A stretch of 62,864 nt of DNA from an uncultured Candidatus Saccharibacteria bacterium (lineage in GTDB: Bacteria; Patescibacteriota; Saccharimonadia; Saccharimonadales; Saccharimonadaceae). The DNA lies in NCBI GenBank assembly GCA_963549685.1, contig CAUUZR010000001.1, positions 1-62,864 of the forward strand, given 5' to 3'. The notes beneath the pieces are model-generated. The model saw only the letters and a list, made by a program, of their open reading frames with translations. It did no database searches and was not told the origin of the DNA. Of the stretch, positions 32,564-42,575 are shown piece after piece; positions within the stretch are counted from its first letter, which is position 1; each line of letters opens with the position of its first letter. The position numbers and the translations under genes are program-made.

Positions 32564-33988
32564 ATGAAGAACAAATTACCGACCATTGCGATCATTGGAC
32601 AGGCCAACGCCGGCAAAAGCTCGCTATTTAATCGATTAACTCGTGCCCGCACCGCTATTGTCGCCAAAGAAGCCGGCACCACTCGTGATAATGTCGTGGG
32701 GACTGTGTCTTATCGTCGAGCTGATGCTACAAATTCTAAATTCTTATTGGTTGATACTGCCGGACTAAAAAATCCTGAAGATGAATTTGAGGCTAGCATC
32801 CAATATCAGATTGAAGACGCCGCCAATTCCGCAGATGTTATTTTAGTCACGGTTGATGGTACGCTTTATCCAACCGACGACAACCGTTTAATCGCTAAAA
32901 AAGCGCTCAAAAGTGGTCGCCCAACTATTCTGATTATCAATAAAACCGACCTCAAAGGCGTCCTGCCTAACGATGAGTTCAAAAGGCTTGGTATTAAAAC
33001 TATTATACGGACCTCTGCGGAGCATAATATCGGTATTTCTGAACTACTTGATACAATTGCCACTCTTATTCCGCCAGCTGACATCGTGGAAGATGATAAC
33101 ACTATTCGTATCGCATTGATCGGTCGACCAAATGCTGGAAAGTCTAATCTATTCAATACTCTGGCAGGCAAACAACAGGCCATCGTTACCAATCTAGCTG
33201 GCACCACCCGTGATGTTAATCGTGTGACAGTTAGGTATAAAAATCAATCAATTGAGCTTTTAGATACCGCCGGTATCCGCCGTCAAGGAAAGCAGGAAAC
33301 TGGTATTGAAAAGTTTTCGGTGATGCGCACCATGCAAGCCATCCACGAAGCTGATGTTTGCTTTTTACTAGTTGACGTCAATGAACTAAATGTTAGTCTT
33401 GATCAGCGGTTAGCAGGACTGATCGATGAAGCAGGCAAGGGCCTAGTATTGGTCATTAGCAAATGGGATACAGTTAAAAATAAGGATACTCACACTCATG
33501 ATGATTTAGTTCCGCAGATTAGTTATCATTTCAAATTCACACCTTATGTACCGCTAATTTTTACCAGCTCTGTGACTGGACAAAATACAGCTAAATTGTT
33601 TGAAATAGCACTAGATATTTATCATCGCCGTCGCCAAGAGATTAAAACCCGTCAACTTAATGATTTATTACAGAAAGCCGTCGCTGCTCACCCACCAGCT
33701 GGCTTAAAAAACTCTCACCCCAAACTGCGTTACATTGTCCAAACTGATACGGCGCCACCGTGGTTCGTGATTTACGGCAGTAATTTGAAGTTTATTCACT
33801 GGAGTTATAAACGCTATCTGGAGCGCACATTGCGTGAAGCTTACGATTTCTCTGGCACACCTGTTAAAATCTCTTTCCGTGATGAGAAGCAATTAAAGAA
33901 AAACCGTGAACGGATAGAAGCAGGCAAAGAACCTGTCACTAAAGCTTATAAGCAGACTAAAGAAGCCGAAAAATCCCAGCGAAACTAA
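32564..33988 (+). CDS. der: Ribosome biogenesis GTPase Der (EngA)
   Basis: Two tandem G domains (GQANAGKS, GRPNAGKS; DTAG twice). Confidence 0.96.
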   Translation: MKNKLPTIAIIGQANAGKSSLFNRLTRARTAIVAKEAGTTRDNVVGTVSYRRADATNSKFLLVDTAGLKNPEDEFEASIQYQIEDAANSADVILVTVDGTLYPTDDNRLIAKKALKSGRPTILIINKTDLKGVLPNDEFKRLGIKTIIRTSAEHNIGISELLDTIATLIPPADIVEDDNTIRIALIGRPNAGKSNLFNTLAGKQQAIVTNLAGTTRDVNRVTVRYKNQSIELLDTAGIRRQGKQETGIEKFSVMRTMQAIHEADVCFLLVDVNELNVSLDQRLAGLIDEAGKGLVLVISKWDTVKNKDTHTHDDLVPQISYHFKFTPYVPLIFTSSVTGQNTAKLFEIALDIYHRRRQEIKTRQLNDLLQKAVAAHPPAGLKNSHPKLRYIVQTDTAPPWFVIYGSNLKFIHWSYKRYLERTLREAYDFSGTPVKISFRDEKQLKKNRERIEAGKEPVTKAYKQTKEAEKSQRN

Positions 33989-34953
33989 CCAAACAGCATC
34001 AATTGCGTCAACAATGTTTCACGAGTAATTTCTTCCGCTCGCTCACCGATTAACACTACTTTGGCAACCTCATCAGCACGAGCGGTAGTAATCTGGATCT
34101 GATGTTCTGTCGCTTCAATATGCCTCCGAGCACCATTCAAATCAATGAAACAACCTTTAATCCGTCTGAGGCTGTATGTTTCAAATAACTCAGCCCAAAG
34201 CTTTTCTAACGCCATTTCATCTAATTTTTCTTGCGATAAATCTAACACGCTATATGTTGGGTTGTCTGGAATAGCTAATTCGCCATCATATTCATCAAAG
34301 AATTTTAATAATTCCGACGGCATTACCATCTTATCCAGCTCAAATTCACCAAATGGCGCACTCACAACATTAGCATATGGTAATTTTTGACGCTTATTTA
34401 TATAAGTTGGTTGTTCATCTTCACTCAACAAATCTTCTTTAGTAATTAAGATAATATCCGCCGATTGTAGTTCAAGCTCATGAGCTGGTTCAATGCCTCG
34501 TAAAATCTCGTGAGCATCAATAACATAAAAACTCTGCATCAGTTCATATTTACGAAAAATCTGCGCATTAACCAGTTTTTCCACCAAATTCATGGTTCGC
34601 GCCACACCTGTTGCCTCAATAAACACTGGTGCGGGCGAGTTGCGCGCAAAATCAAATAGCATTCGTGTTAAAGCGTGCTTTGATGAACAGCAAACGCAAT
34701 CACCAGCCAGCGTTGTCACGATATCCGCCAGACCTTGCAACCGGTAACCATCAACATTTTCGTTGGCATATTCATTTTCAATCACTCTTGCACCTTTGAA
34801 ATTATCTTGTCGCAATAAAAACTCTAACACACTGGTTTTTCCCGCACCCAATGAGCCATTCACCAAATATAACGGAATCTTATCAACTACTGATCGATCA
34901 TCATCAAACGCTGCTAAAGCAAAATCTTCAAATTCAGTATCGCAAACCGTCAT
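33985..34953 (-). CDS. CobW/COG0523 family GTPase (metallochaperone-like)
   Basis: GSLGAGKT, IENE, CVCC, EATG, TKED. Confidence 0.88.
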   Translation of the reverse strand: MTVCDTEFEDFALAAFDDDRSVVDKIPLYLVNGSLGAGKTSVLEFLLRQDNFKGARVIENEYANENVDGYRLQGLADIVTTLAGDCVCCSSKHALTRMLFDFARNSPAPVFIEATGVARTMNLVEKLVNAQIFRKYELMQSFYVIDAHEILRGIEPAHELELQSADIILITKEDLLSEDEQPTYINKRQKLPYANVVSAPFGEFELDKMVMPSELLKFFDEYDGELAIPDNPTYSVLDLSQEKLDEMALEKLWAELFETYSLRRIKGCFIDLNGARRHIEATEHQIQITTARADEVAKVVLIGERAEEITRETLLTQLMLFG

Positions 34954-35000
34954 ACCACCATTATACGCTAAAAACTTTAGTAAAATGATATAATATGGTT

Positions 35001-35579
35001 ATGAAAATCATCTTTGGTTTTGGTAATCCGGGATCACAATATTCAAACACTCGCCATAATGTTGGTTTTTTTACACTGGAAAAGTTCGCTCAAGTGCATA
35101 ATATAGACTTTCAGCCAAAAAATAAATTCTTGGCTGATATTGCAGAATGTCAGATAAATGACGAGAAAATTTTAATAATCAAACCACAAACTTTTTATAA
35201 CGACACTGGCAAGTCAGCCCAATTGTTGCTTGATTTTTATAAATTGTCAATTGATGATATCTTGGTAATTCATGACGACATCGTCCTTGATTTTGGGAAA
35301 ATTCGTATACGCCAGGGTGGACAAGACGCTGGCAACAATGGCTTAAAATCGCTCCATCGGCACATTGGTGATGGATTTTGGCATATTCGTATCGGTGTTG
35401 ATAATCTATTGCGTCGTCGAATTGGCGACACAGATTTTGTCCTGGGAAAATTCAATAGTGATGAGCAGGTTATTTTGAAAGACTGGACCGCTCCTGTCAC
35501 CACCAAACTGATTGAACAATTTATAGCCAACAAACTTGAAGTTACCAGCTATAATCTGTCTGCAGGTCAAGATTCTTAA
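35001..35579 (+). CDS. pth: Peptidyl-tRNA hydrolase
   Basis: GNPG, TRHNVGF, KPQT, HDD, NGLKS. Confidence 0.95.
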   Translation: MKIIFGFGNPGSQYSNTRHNVGFFTLEKFAQVHNIDFQPKNKFLADIAECQINDEKILIIKPQTFYNDTGKSAQLLLDFYKLSIDDILVIHDDIVLDFGKIRIRQGGQDAGNNGLKSLHRHIGDGFWHIRIGVDNLLRRRIGDTDFVLGKFNSDEQVILKDWTAPVTTKLIEQFIANKLEVTSYNLSAGQDS

Positions 35580-35643
35580 GTCTGTCTTAAATTTAACTTA
35601 GAAATCAAACCCTAGTACCAGCTTAGTTTTAACAATACCGCTA

Positions 35644-36774
35644 TTACTTCTTATTACGTATTTGTGGTGTGATTTTTGCAGCACTACGCTTTAACTGTTG
35701 CTCGGCTTGATGAAGTTTAGTAGACACGCTTTCCTGTAAGTTGATAGCTCGCATCTCAAGCACGCTACTAGTAATCGCCAAACTGATAAATATCAATCCC
35801 AAACCACCAGTTGCCCACTCGGGTAGTTCAATATTAAACAATTTAGCTATCATCATCATTCCCAAAGCCATAATAGCCCAGTGTGCACCATTCTCAAGAT
35901 ATTTATATTTACTAAGCGTACCGGTTCTGAGTAAATACACAGTCAGCGAGCGCACCCAAATTGCACCAGCCCCCAAACCAGCGACAATCAACACCACACT
36001 TGACGTGATAGCAAATGCACCAATCACACCATCAAAACTAAAGCTAGCATCTAATACCTCCAAATACATCAAACTAGCAAACGCCGCCCAACCGGTTTTG
36101 GCTTTAATGGAATCGGTAGAATCTTCATCGTGGAAAAATGAACCAAATAATTCCAGCCCAACATGCAACAAAATACCCAGAACTGATGAAATTAGAATCA
36201 GCGACTGGTGTTGCGCATCAACCGTGAAATAAAGCAGAGTAGCAACTGTCAACATCAAGCAAATCTTAAGATTTTCAAACCGCCCAGCCTTAGCCATCCA
36301 CGGCTCAACATGACGCATCCAATGCACCCGTTTATTATAATCAACAAAGTAACTAAGCCCAATCATAATCAAAAAAGCTCCGCCAAAAGCGTCAATCATC
36401 GGCGACGCTTCATGTAAAATATGTCCGTACTCAACCGGCTTATTTAACGCCAAGTCTAGCACCGTACCAAAGCCGTGACCGCTCGCCACCATCACGATAA
36501 TAATCGGCAATACAAACCTCACCAAAAATACCGCTACAAAAATACCAACACTTAAGAATATCTTTTGCCACAGCGAACTGAGATTCGCCAAAACTTTGCT
36601 ATTGATAACGGCGTTATCAAAGCTAAACGTCACCTCCAAAATCACCAAAATCGCAAACAGCCACAAACCACCCAAGCCTAAGCTACTAAAAATAAAAACA
36701 CCTAAACCGATTGTCAATAGGGTGGAAAATAAGAAAATACGAACAGGGTTATGAGGATGCCAAAGATGTTTCAT
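35644..36774 (-). CDS. DUF475 (TerC-like) integral membrane protein
   Basis: LEVTFSFDNAVIN, LEVLDASFSFDGVIGAFA. Confidence 0.9.
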   Translation of the reverse strand: MKHLWHPHNPVRIFLFSTLLTIGLGVFIFSSLGLGGLWLFAILVILEVTFSFDNAVINSKVLANLSSLWQKIFLSVGIFVAVFLVRFVLPIIIVMVASGHGFGTVLDLALNKPVEYGHILHEASPMIDAFGGAFLIMIGLSYFVDYNKRVHWMRHVEPWMAKAGRFENLKICLMLTVATLLYFTVDAQHQSLILISSVLGILLHVGLELFGSFFHDEDSTDSIKAKTGWAAFASLMYLEVLDASFSFDGVIGAFAITSSVVLIVAGLGAGAIWVRSLTVYLLRTGTLSKYKYLENGAHWAIMALGMMMIAKLFNIELPEWATGGLGLIFISLAITSSVLEMRAINLQESVSTKLHQAEQQLKRSAAKITPQIRNKK

Positions 36775-36811
36775 GATATTTCAGTATATCATAAAACATA
36801 ATCAATTCACT

Positions 36812-36854
36812 AAAAAAGCGCTAGGTAAGGGTGGGCATCACCTAGCGCCTTTTT
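36812..36854 (-). terminator. Intrinsic terminator of intergenic RNA
   Basis: Minus strand GCGCUAGGU-13 nt loop-ACCUAGCGC-UUUUUU. Confidence 0.8.
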
Positions 36855-37122
36855 ACCCTTCAACCCACCCGAGCTTCCATATGAGTGAAGCGTCGTAGTC
36901 AAAACTCCAAAAGACTCGCGCCTGACAATTCAACACCATTCGGTGCTCACTCTAACAAAAGGTCGCCTTGAAATAAGGGTAGTTAAAGGGGTTAGTATGC
37001 GCGTAACATATATTGCAAAAAGTGGAGGGTAAGAATACTTAATGCTATTGCGCGCAACCTAACTTTTTAGTTAGAATAGGGGGTATAAGGTGCTTTGATT
37101 GACGGTTTAGGTCAACCAATCA
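36812..37122 (-). ncRNA. Putative structured non-coding RNA (~310 nt), family not recognised
   Basis: Consensus promoter upstream, terminator downstream, several long helices, no convincing ORF. Confidence 0.65.
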
Positions 37123-37128
37123 AGTACC

Positions 37129-37157
37129 ATTATAGCAAACATTTGACAAAGTGTCAA
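37129..37157 (-). promoter_or_regulatory. Perfect sigma70 promoter TTGACA-17 nt-TATAAT with extended TG
   Basis: + strand TGTCAA 37152-37157 and ATTATA 37129-37134. Confidence 0.85.
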
Positions 37158-37177
37158 TACTTTTTGCAATAAAAGTC

Positions 37178-38050
37178 ATGGAAATCAATAGAATACGTCC
37201 AGATGAGCATATTTTCACCCAGATATTGGCACATATTGCAAATTCTCCAAAAAGCTTGTGTTTTATGGGAAAGTTGCCAGAAAGCAACGCTCCAGTAGTA
37301 GCGATTGTCGGCACACGTAAGCCGACAGCTTACGGCAGGGAGGTTACAGAAAAACTGGCTAGCGATCTAGCGAAAGCTGGTTGTATCATCGTCAGCGGTT
37401 TGGCGCTTGGAGTTGATTCCATCGCACAGCGAGCGGCTTTAGAGGCAGGTGGTGTTGTTATCGGAATAGTACCGACAGAATTACCAGAAATCACTCCACG
37501 CACTAATGCCAAATTAGCCCAAGACATCATTAAGCACGGTGGCGCCATCATATCAGAATGGGGCAAGGGGGATGGTAAAATTATCAACAAGTGGAGTTTT
37601 TTGGAGCGTAACCGTTTGGTGTCAGGTGTGGCAGATGCAGTGTTAATAACAGAGGCGGCGGCACGCTCAGGTACATTAAATACCGCCTCCCACGCCTTAA
37701 ACCAAGGTCGAGAATTATTTATCGTTCCAGGAAATATCACCAACCCCTTATCAGCCGGCTGTAATTCATTATTAAAACAAGGTGCTTACCCAGCCACCTG
37801 CGCCGAAGATATCTTGGAAATAATTGCACCAGAGTACACAAAAACCGACTCAACAAACTTAAAATTACCAATTGGAAAAACTGATGCGGAAAATATCATT
37901 ATCAAACTACTCTCGGAGGGCTTACGAGACGGTGACGAATTGCTGAAAAAATCTAGCATTCCAACTGCCGATTTTGCCGTGGCGCTGACCATGCTAGAGA
38001 TTAACGGAATAGTCAAACCACTTGGCGCCAACCGATGGATGTTGAGATAA
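37178..38050 (+). CDS. dprA: DNA-processing protein DprA
   Basis: VAIVGTRK, VSGLALGVD, ERNRLVSG, EAAARSGTL. Confidence 0.95.
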   Translation: MEINRIRPDEHIFTQILAHIANSPKSLCFMGKLPESNAPVVAIVGTRKPTAYGREVTEKLASDLAKAGCIIVSGLALGVDSIAQRAALEAGGVVIGIVPTELPEITPRTNAKLAQDIIKHGGAIISEWGKGDGKIINKWSFLERNRLVSGVADAVLITEAAARSGTLNTASHALNQGRELFIVPGNITNPLSAGCNSLLKQGAYPATCAEDILEIIAPEYTKTDSTNLKLPIGKTDAENIIIKLLSEGLRDGDELLKKSSIPTADFAVALTMLEINGIVKPLGANRWMLR

Positions 38051-38106
38051 AATTTTAATTATCAAAAAACAAAAAGCCTGCATTTACACAGACCTGTTAA
38101 TTTAGA

Positions 38107-38182
38107 TGGAGCCACGATCGGGGCTTGAACCCGAGACCTCATCCTTACCATGGATGCGCTCTACCAACTGAGCTATCGCGGC
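38107..38182 (-). tRNA. tRNA-Thr(GGT)
   Basis: Cloverleaf, CATCC-ATGGTAA-GGATG anticodon arm, encoded CCA. Confidence 0.96.
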
Positions 38183-38292
38183 ATATTGCGTTACAGCTTT
38201 TTTATTATACCAAAAAGCCAGTTGGTTGTGAATAGGAGATAGCTCTAGCAACTCATCATCTTTTGCTATAATGAAATAAACGAGGAGGTTTT

Positions 38293-38787
38293 ATGGCGAA
38301 TTTTAGTTTTGATATCGAGAGTACATTTGATAAGGCGGAAATGAATAACGTGCATCAATCGGTACTACGTGAAATCGGAAATCGCTTCGACTTTAAGGGT
38401 ACGCCAGCTGATGTCGAGTGGCTAGCCGACAAAAAAGGCTTTAAAGTAATCGGCGCGGATGAGTTTCAGGTGCAAACCATTATTGATATGATTGGCAAAC
38501 AACTAGCCAAGCGCGGCATGACCAGTAAGGTGCTTGACCTCAGTGGTGCACACAATGCCGCCAATCTGCGTGCCTGGCAAGATGTGCCGTTCAAGGACGG
38601 TCTCAGCCAGGATAATGCCAAGAAAATTACCAAGTTATTGAAGGAAAAACATCCGAAAGTTAAGTCACAAATCCAGGGTGATACCGTACGCTGCACTTCA
38701 AACAGCAAAGATGAACTACAAGCGGTTATGCAGACTCTGCGCGAGGCTGATTTTGACTTTCCATTGGTTTTTGGGAATTATCGCTAG
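38293..38787 (+). CDS. yajQ: YajQ family nucleotide/c-di-GMP-binding protein
   Basis: SFDI, RFDFKG, QIQGD, KDELQ, FGNYR. Confidence 0.92.
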   Translation: MANFSFDIESTFDKAEMNNVHQSVLREIGNRFDFKGTPADVEWLADKKGFKVIGADEFQVQTIIDMIGKQLAKRGMTSKVLDLSGAHNAANLRAWQDVPFKDGLSQDNAKKITKLLKEKHPKVKSQIQGDTVRCTSNSKDELQAVMQTLREADFDFPLVFGNYR

Positions 38788-39492
38788 ATGAATTCACTGG
38801 CGCATCATATTAAGACTAAATTAGTCGCCCTTAGCGAAGGCAACGACGAGTACGCCACATTTAACGCGCGCATTGTCAATAGCAAACTACCTGTTTTGGG
38901 CGTCCGTGTACCCGATTTACGCAAATTAGCCCGGCAGTTGGCGAAAGATTTGACAGCGGATGATGCGGCGAAACTACTACAATTCGAACAACCGAATTAT
39001 GAATATATTTTCTTGTGCGGCCTGCTAATTACGCACGTCAAAATGAGTGACAATCAGGCAATCGAGCTAACGAAACAGTGGCTACCATTGACCGACAGTT
39101 GGGCGCATATCGATTGTTTTATTGAAAGCAAACCCCGTTTTCGAACGCAAATATGGTGGGATTTTGCACTGGAATGCCTCAAGAGCGATGCCGAATTTAC
39201 CGTGCGCTATGGTGTCATCTCGCTAATGTGTAATTTCTTAAACGATCAACATATTGACGAAGTTTTCAAACAGCTACGCTCGGTCAAGCACGATGGCTAC
39301 TACGTCAAAATGGCTCTAGCTTGGACATATGCCACTGCTGCTGCAAAATACTTCGAACGAACATTGTTAGAATTAGAAAAATCCGACATTGACCCCTGGA
39401 CATGCGCCAAAGCTTACCAAAAAATGCGCGAATCGCGACGATTCAATGATAAACAACAAGCGATAATTAAAGCCAAAAGGAGCAAATTATGA
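38788..39492 (+). CDS. DNA alkylation repair protein (AlkD-like)
   Basis: GVRVPDLRKLA, DSWAHID, YYVKMALAW. Confidence 0.88.
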   Translation: MNSLAHHIKTKLVALSEGNDEYATFNARIVNSKLPVLGVRVPDLRKLARQLAKDLTADDAAKLLQFEQPNYEYIFLCGLLITHVKMSDNQAIELTKQWLPLTDSWAHIDCFIESKPRFRTQIWWDFALECLKSDAEFTVRYGVISLMCNFLNDQHIDEVFKQLRSVKHDGYYVKMALAWTYATAAAKYFERTLLELEKSDIDPWTCAKAYQKMRESRRFNDKQQAIIKAKRSKL

Positions 39493-39699
39493 CTACTATT
39501 TCAGCATTACGGTTTTAAGTAATTTAATGTCATTGTGACGCAAGACACAGTGTTATGCAAGTTACTAAAAAAGCACAACAGATTCAACAGCGAACGTTTT
39601 GACGCCAATTGGATGAAATCGTAAAGTGGTACTAGCATTTTCACCCAAGACGTGCTATAATCACTGATGAACTATAAATAATTATCTAACGAGAGAGTT

Positions 39700-39918
39700 A
39701 TGGCAAAGAAGAATACGAAACGAAAGTTGATTGGTTTGGTGAGTGACAAGAGCGGTCATCGAACTTATTACACCACAGTAAATACCCAGAATCGCACCAC
39801 CAAAGGTCAGGGTAAGTTGACACTACGCAAATACGATCCAATCGCTCGTGAGCATGCAACCTATACAGAAACTAAGAAGAACTTGGGTCGCAACGAAGTT
39901 AAAGCTCGCAAGAGTTAA
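39700..39918 (+). CDS. rpmG: 50S ribosomal protein L33 (Cys-free form)
   Basis: YYT..N, KLTLRKYDP..R.H..Y.E. Confidence 0.9.
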   Translation: MAKKNTKRKLIGLVSDKSGHRTYYTTVNTQNRTTKGQGKLTLRKYDPIAREHATYTETKKNLGRNEVKARKS

Positions 39919-39937
39919 TAGTCAGCTAACTATTTAC

Positions 39938-39967
39938 AAATCGCCCTCGTTAACTAGGGTGATTTTT
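39938..39967. terminator. Bidirectional terminator
   Basis: AAATCGCCCT...AGGGTGATTTTT between convergent genes. Confidence 0.65.
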
Positions 39968-41159
39968 ATTTAGGCAAGTTTTGTATGCGCCATTTAATAT
40001 CTCTAAGGGCATTCATATACGACAGGAAAGCATCATACGGTGAATCGTAAGGGCTGAAATAAGCATGAACATCACCATCGGCAGCCCATTTAGTACACAT
40101 GTAGTAGAGTTGATCAGAAGCCTGCAATCGTCGCCAATCATTGATCAATTGAGCGTTATCAGTAGCCAAAACACGTGGCTCTAAATCGTAAAGCAATTTC
40201 AAAGCTTGTTTTTGTAAATCATTGCCATTCCAAGCTGATAGATCACGCTCACTGTCCGCCCAAGTGACCGTTCGTGGCATGCTAAGCTCACTGGTTGGCT
40301 GGTTTTTTCTCAATGATTCTGACACGGTATTAAATTTACCACCCTCATTTATCCAGCCCTGGACGAATTTCGCAAAGAAATTAAAGATTCCACTATCTCT
40401 CCATTGATGCTCGCCGAAAGTTTCATAATCCATAAATAGATTGATTAACTGTCCATAAGAATCGTTCAACCAGCTAAGGTATTTTTCAGCGGTTAGTGGC
40501 CAGTCTTTCCACCGACGATCACTAAATCGAAAGGCGATATCATCACTAAGGCGATAGTTTTTCAAAAGCAAACCAACATTTTCTGTACCGGCGGCACGAT
40601 AAACGTAATTTGGACTGCGCCAGCCCAAAACTGTATCCCAACCTTCAGCCAATACGCCAAGATAACCATGCTCTTGCGCCCAAATTGCCAGCTCGTCATT
40701 ATACGCCAACTCGGTATTGGCCAAAACTCGTGGCTTAACCTGGAATAATTCCTCGATTTTTGCCGTATGAAGCTTAATTTGACGATCAAATTCATCACGA
40801 GAATAGAAAAACGCTAGACTATGATGATAAGGACTTGCCAAAATATCTACTCGACCAGTAGCCACCAGCCGCTGAAAATCCGCCAACACGTCTGGTGCAA
40901 ATTCCTCGGCTTGCTCTAAGAAGATACCAGAAAAACTTAAAGATAATTTGAAACCTGGATGAGTTTGCAGTAGATGTTTTAACAAATCATTCATCGGGCG
41001 ATACGATTTATTAGCCACTTTGTGAAAAATGCGTGCATTATCCTGCTTGCCGCTACCGGAGAAATAATCATGCCTATTATATATGTCGAAGACGCTAAAT
41101 TGGCGTAGTCTATACGGCTGGTGGACATGTAAATAAAGTGTAATAGCTGGTCGACTCAT
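39966..41159 (-). CDS. Glycoside hydrolase family 57 (alpha-amylase-like)
   Basis: HVHQP, NTEL, SDDIAFRF, MDYETFGEH. Confidence 0.92.
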   Translation of the reverse strand: MSRPAITLYLHVHQPYRLRQFSVFDIYNRHDYFSGSGKQDNARIFHKVANKSYRPMNDLLKHLLQTHPGFKLSLSFSGIFLEQAEEFAPDVLADFQRLVATGRVDILASPYHHSLAFFYSRDEFDRQIKLHTAKIEELFQVKPRVLANTELAYNDELAIWAQEHGYLGVLAEGWDTVLGWRSPNYVYRAAGTENVGLLLKNYRLSDDIAFRFSDRRWKDWPLTAEKYLSWLNDSYGQLINLFMDYETFGEHQWRDSGIFNFFAKFVQGWINEGGKFNTVSESLRKNQPTSELSMPRTVTWADSERDLSAWNGNDLQKQALKLLYDLEPRVLATDNAQLINDWRRLQASDQLYYMCTKWAADGDVHAYFSPYDSPYDAFLSYMNALRDIKWRIQNLPK

Positions 41160-42376
41160 GATATTAAGCCTCCTCGATGATTGATTTGATTATACAAATC
41201 CAAACACTGACGTGCCGCATCATGCCAAGATAAGTTGGCGTATTCTTTTTTCACATCGCCCTTTAATAAATCCAGCATCATCGGTGATTTAGCCAGCATG
41301 ACAATTTCTTGCGCTAGCTTATCCGTATCCCAATAATCAAATCGCAAAACATTATGCAATACTTCACCCACACCCGACTGACGACTGATCAATAGCGCCG
41401 TATCATGGTGTGCCGCTTCTAACGCTGTCAGCCCAAACGGCTCGGAAACAGAACTCATCACAAAGATGTCAATTAAATTATAAGCGTCACGCCACTGACG
41501 TCCCCGGACAAATCCAGTAAAGAACACCTTATCACTAATACCAAGTTGCGCTGCCAGGGCGATTAACTCATCACGTTGCTCACCATCACCAGAGATAAGC
41601 AGGGCAACTTTTTCATGACGACGAATCGCCTGAGCAGTTGCTCTAATTAAATAAGTTAGACCTTTCTGGACAGTTAATCTAGTCAAAACACCAACGACTG
41701 TATAACCATCTTTCTTCAAATCCTCCAAATAACGGTAAGTGCCTGGCTCATACTCGTGTGGCGGTAAATCATCCAGATCAATGGTGTTATAAACCACCTC
41801 TATTTTCTCTTGTGGAATGTGATAATTTTCAACAATAATATCTTTGGTAATTTGACTAACGGCAATAATCCTGTCCGCCATCAAAAGACCATGTTGCTCA
41901 ATTTCATGAACCAGCGGATTACCAGACTGTTCACCCGAGCGATCAAACTCAGTAGCGTGAACATGCACAATTAGCGGGGCATTACTCTCTTTCTTAGCGA
42001 TTACACCCGCTTCCATCGTCAGCCAATCATGAGCGTGAATTGCATCAGGTGGATTATCACGAACCAGCTGATGAACAAATTTTCCATAACGTCGCTGTAC
42101 AGCACGCATCGGTGATAATCCATATTCATCACCATGATCATTATCAATAACGTCATGGTCGTACGCCCCCAAATTGTGATAACCAGGTGGCAGAGAAGTG
42201 GCAGCATGAATATTCATAAAATCAATTTCTGGATGCTCAGCGGTGTACGGCACTACAAAATCAATATCAACACCGTAAGACGCCAACGCTTTTGACATCT
42301 GATAGCAAGCCACTCCAAGCCCACCGCTATTATGCGGCGGTAGCTCCCACCCAAGCATCAATATTTTCATATCCAT
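41156..42376 (-). CDS. GT4 glycosyltransferase (glycogen synthase-like)
   Basis: GWELPPHNSGGLG, HAHDW, SEPFGL. Confidence 0.9.
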   Translation of the reverse strand: MDMKILMLGWELPPHNSGGLGVACYQMSKALASYGVDIDFVVPYTAEHPEIDFMNIHAATSLPPGYHNLGAYDHDVIDNDHGDEYGLSPMRAVQRRYGKFVHQLVRDNPPDAIHAHDWLTMEAGVIAKKESNAPLIVHVHATEFDRSGEQSGNPLVHEIEQHGLLMADRIIAVSQITKDIIVENYHIPQEKIEVVYNTIDLDDLPPHEYEPGTYRYLEDLKKDGYTVVGVLTRLTVQKGLTYLIRATAQAIRRHEKVALLISGDGEQRDELIALAAQLGISDKVFFTGFVRGRQWRDAYNLIDIFVMSSVSEPFGLTALEAAHHDTALLISRQSGVGEVLHNVLRFDYWDTDKLAQEIVMLAKSPMMLDLLKGDVKKEYANLSWHDAARQCLDLYNQINHRGGLIS

Positions 42377-42470
42377 TAATAGTATACAACAGTGCTTATG
42401 TTTTTGACAATATAAACAGAAAATTTATTTGCTCCATTTCATAAAATCATGTTAGAATAATGTGGAGCGT

Positions 42471-42546
42471 AGGGGAGTAGCTCAGCTGGTAGAGCACTGG
42501 TCTCCAAAACCAGGTGTCGCAGGTTCGAGTCCTGTCTCCCCTGCCA
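42471..42546 (+). tRNA. tRNA-Trp(CCA)
   Basis: Cloverleaf, CTGGT-CTCCAAA-ACCAG anticodon arm, encoded CCA. Confidence 0.96.
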
Positions 42547-42575
42547 AATAGAAATTTTACGATTTTAGAGTATTT

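Noticed and set aside
36853..36939. 28-codon minus-strand ORF (MVLNCQARVFW...) inside the RNA
   Set aside because: No clear SD, buried in helices, no recognisable peptide features
36812..37122. RNase P RNA, tmRNA, SRP RNA or yybP-ykoY riboswitch identity for the intergenic RNA
   Set aside because: No GGAAAGUCC, no tRNA-like T-arm/CCA end, no SRP domain IV motif and no GGGGAGUAG motif seen on either strand
38050..38290. tRNA genes as island integration sites
   Set aside because: No duplicated tRNA 3' ends or integrase found near any of the four tRNAs
39489..39690. Possible gene remnant between the alkD-like gene and rpmG
   Set aside because: Only short frames with no recognisable homology or structure
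42471..42546. Alternative genetic code (UGA recoding)
   Set aside because: TGA ends several genes properly and conserved genes are uninterrupted under code 11
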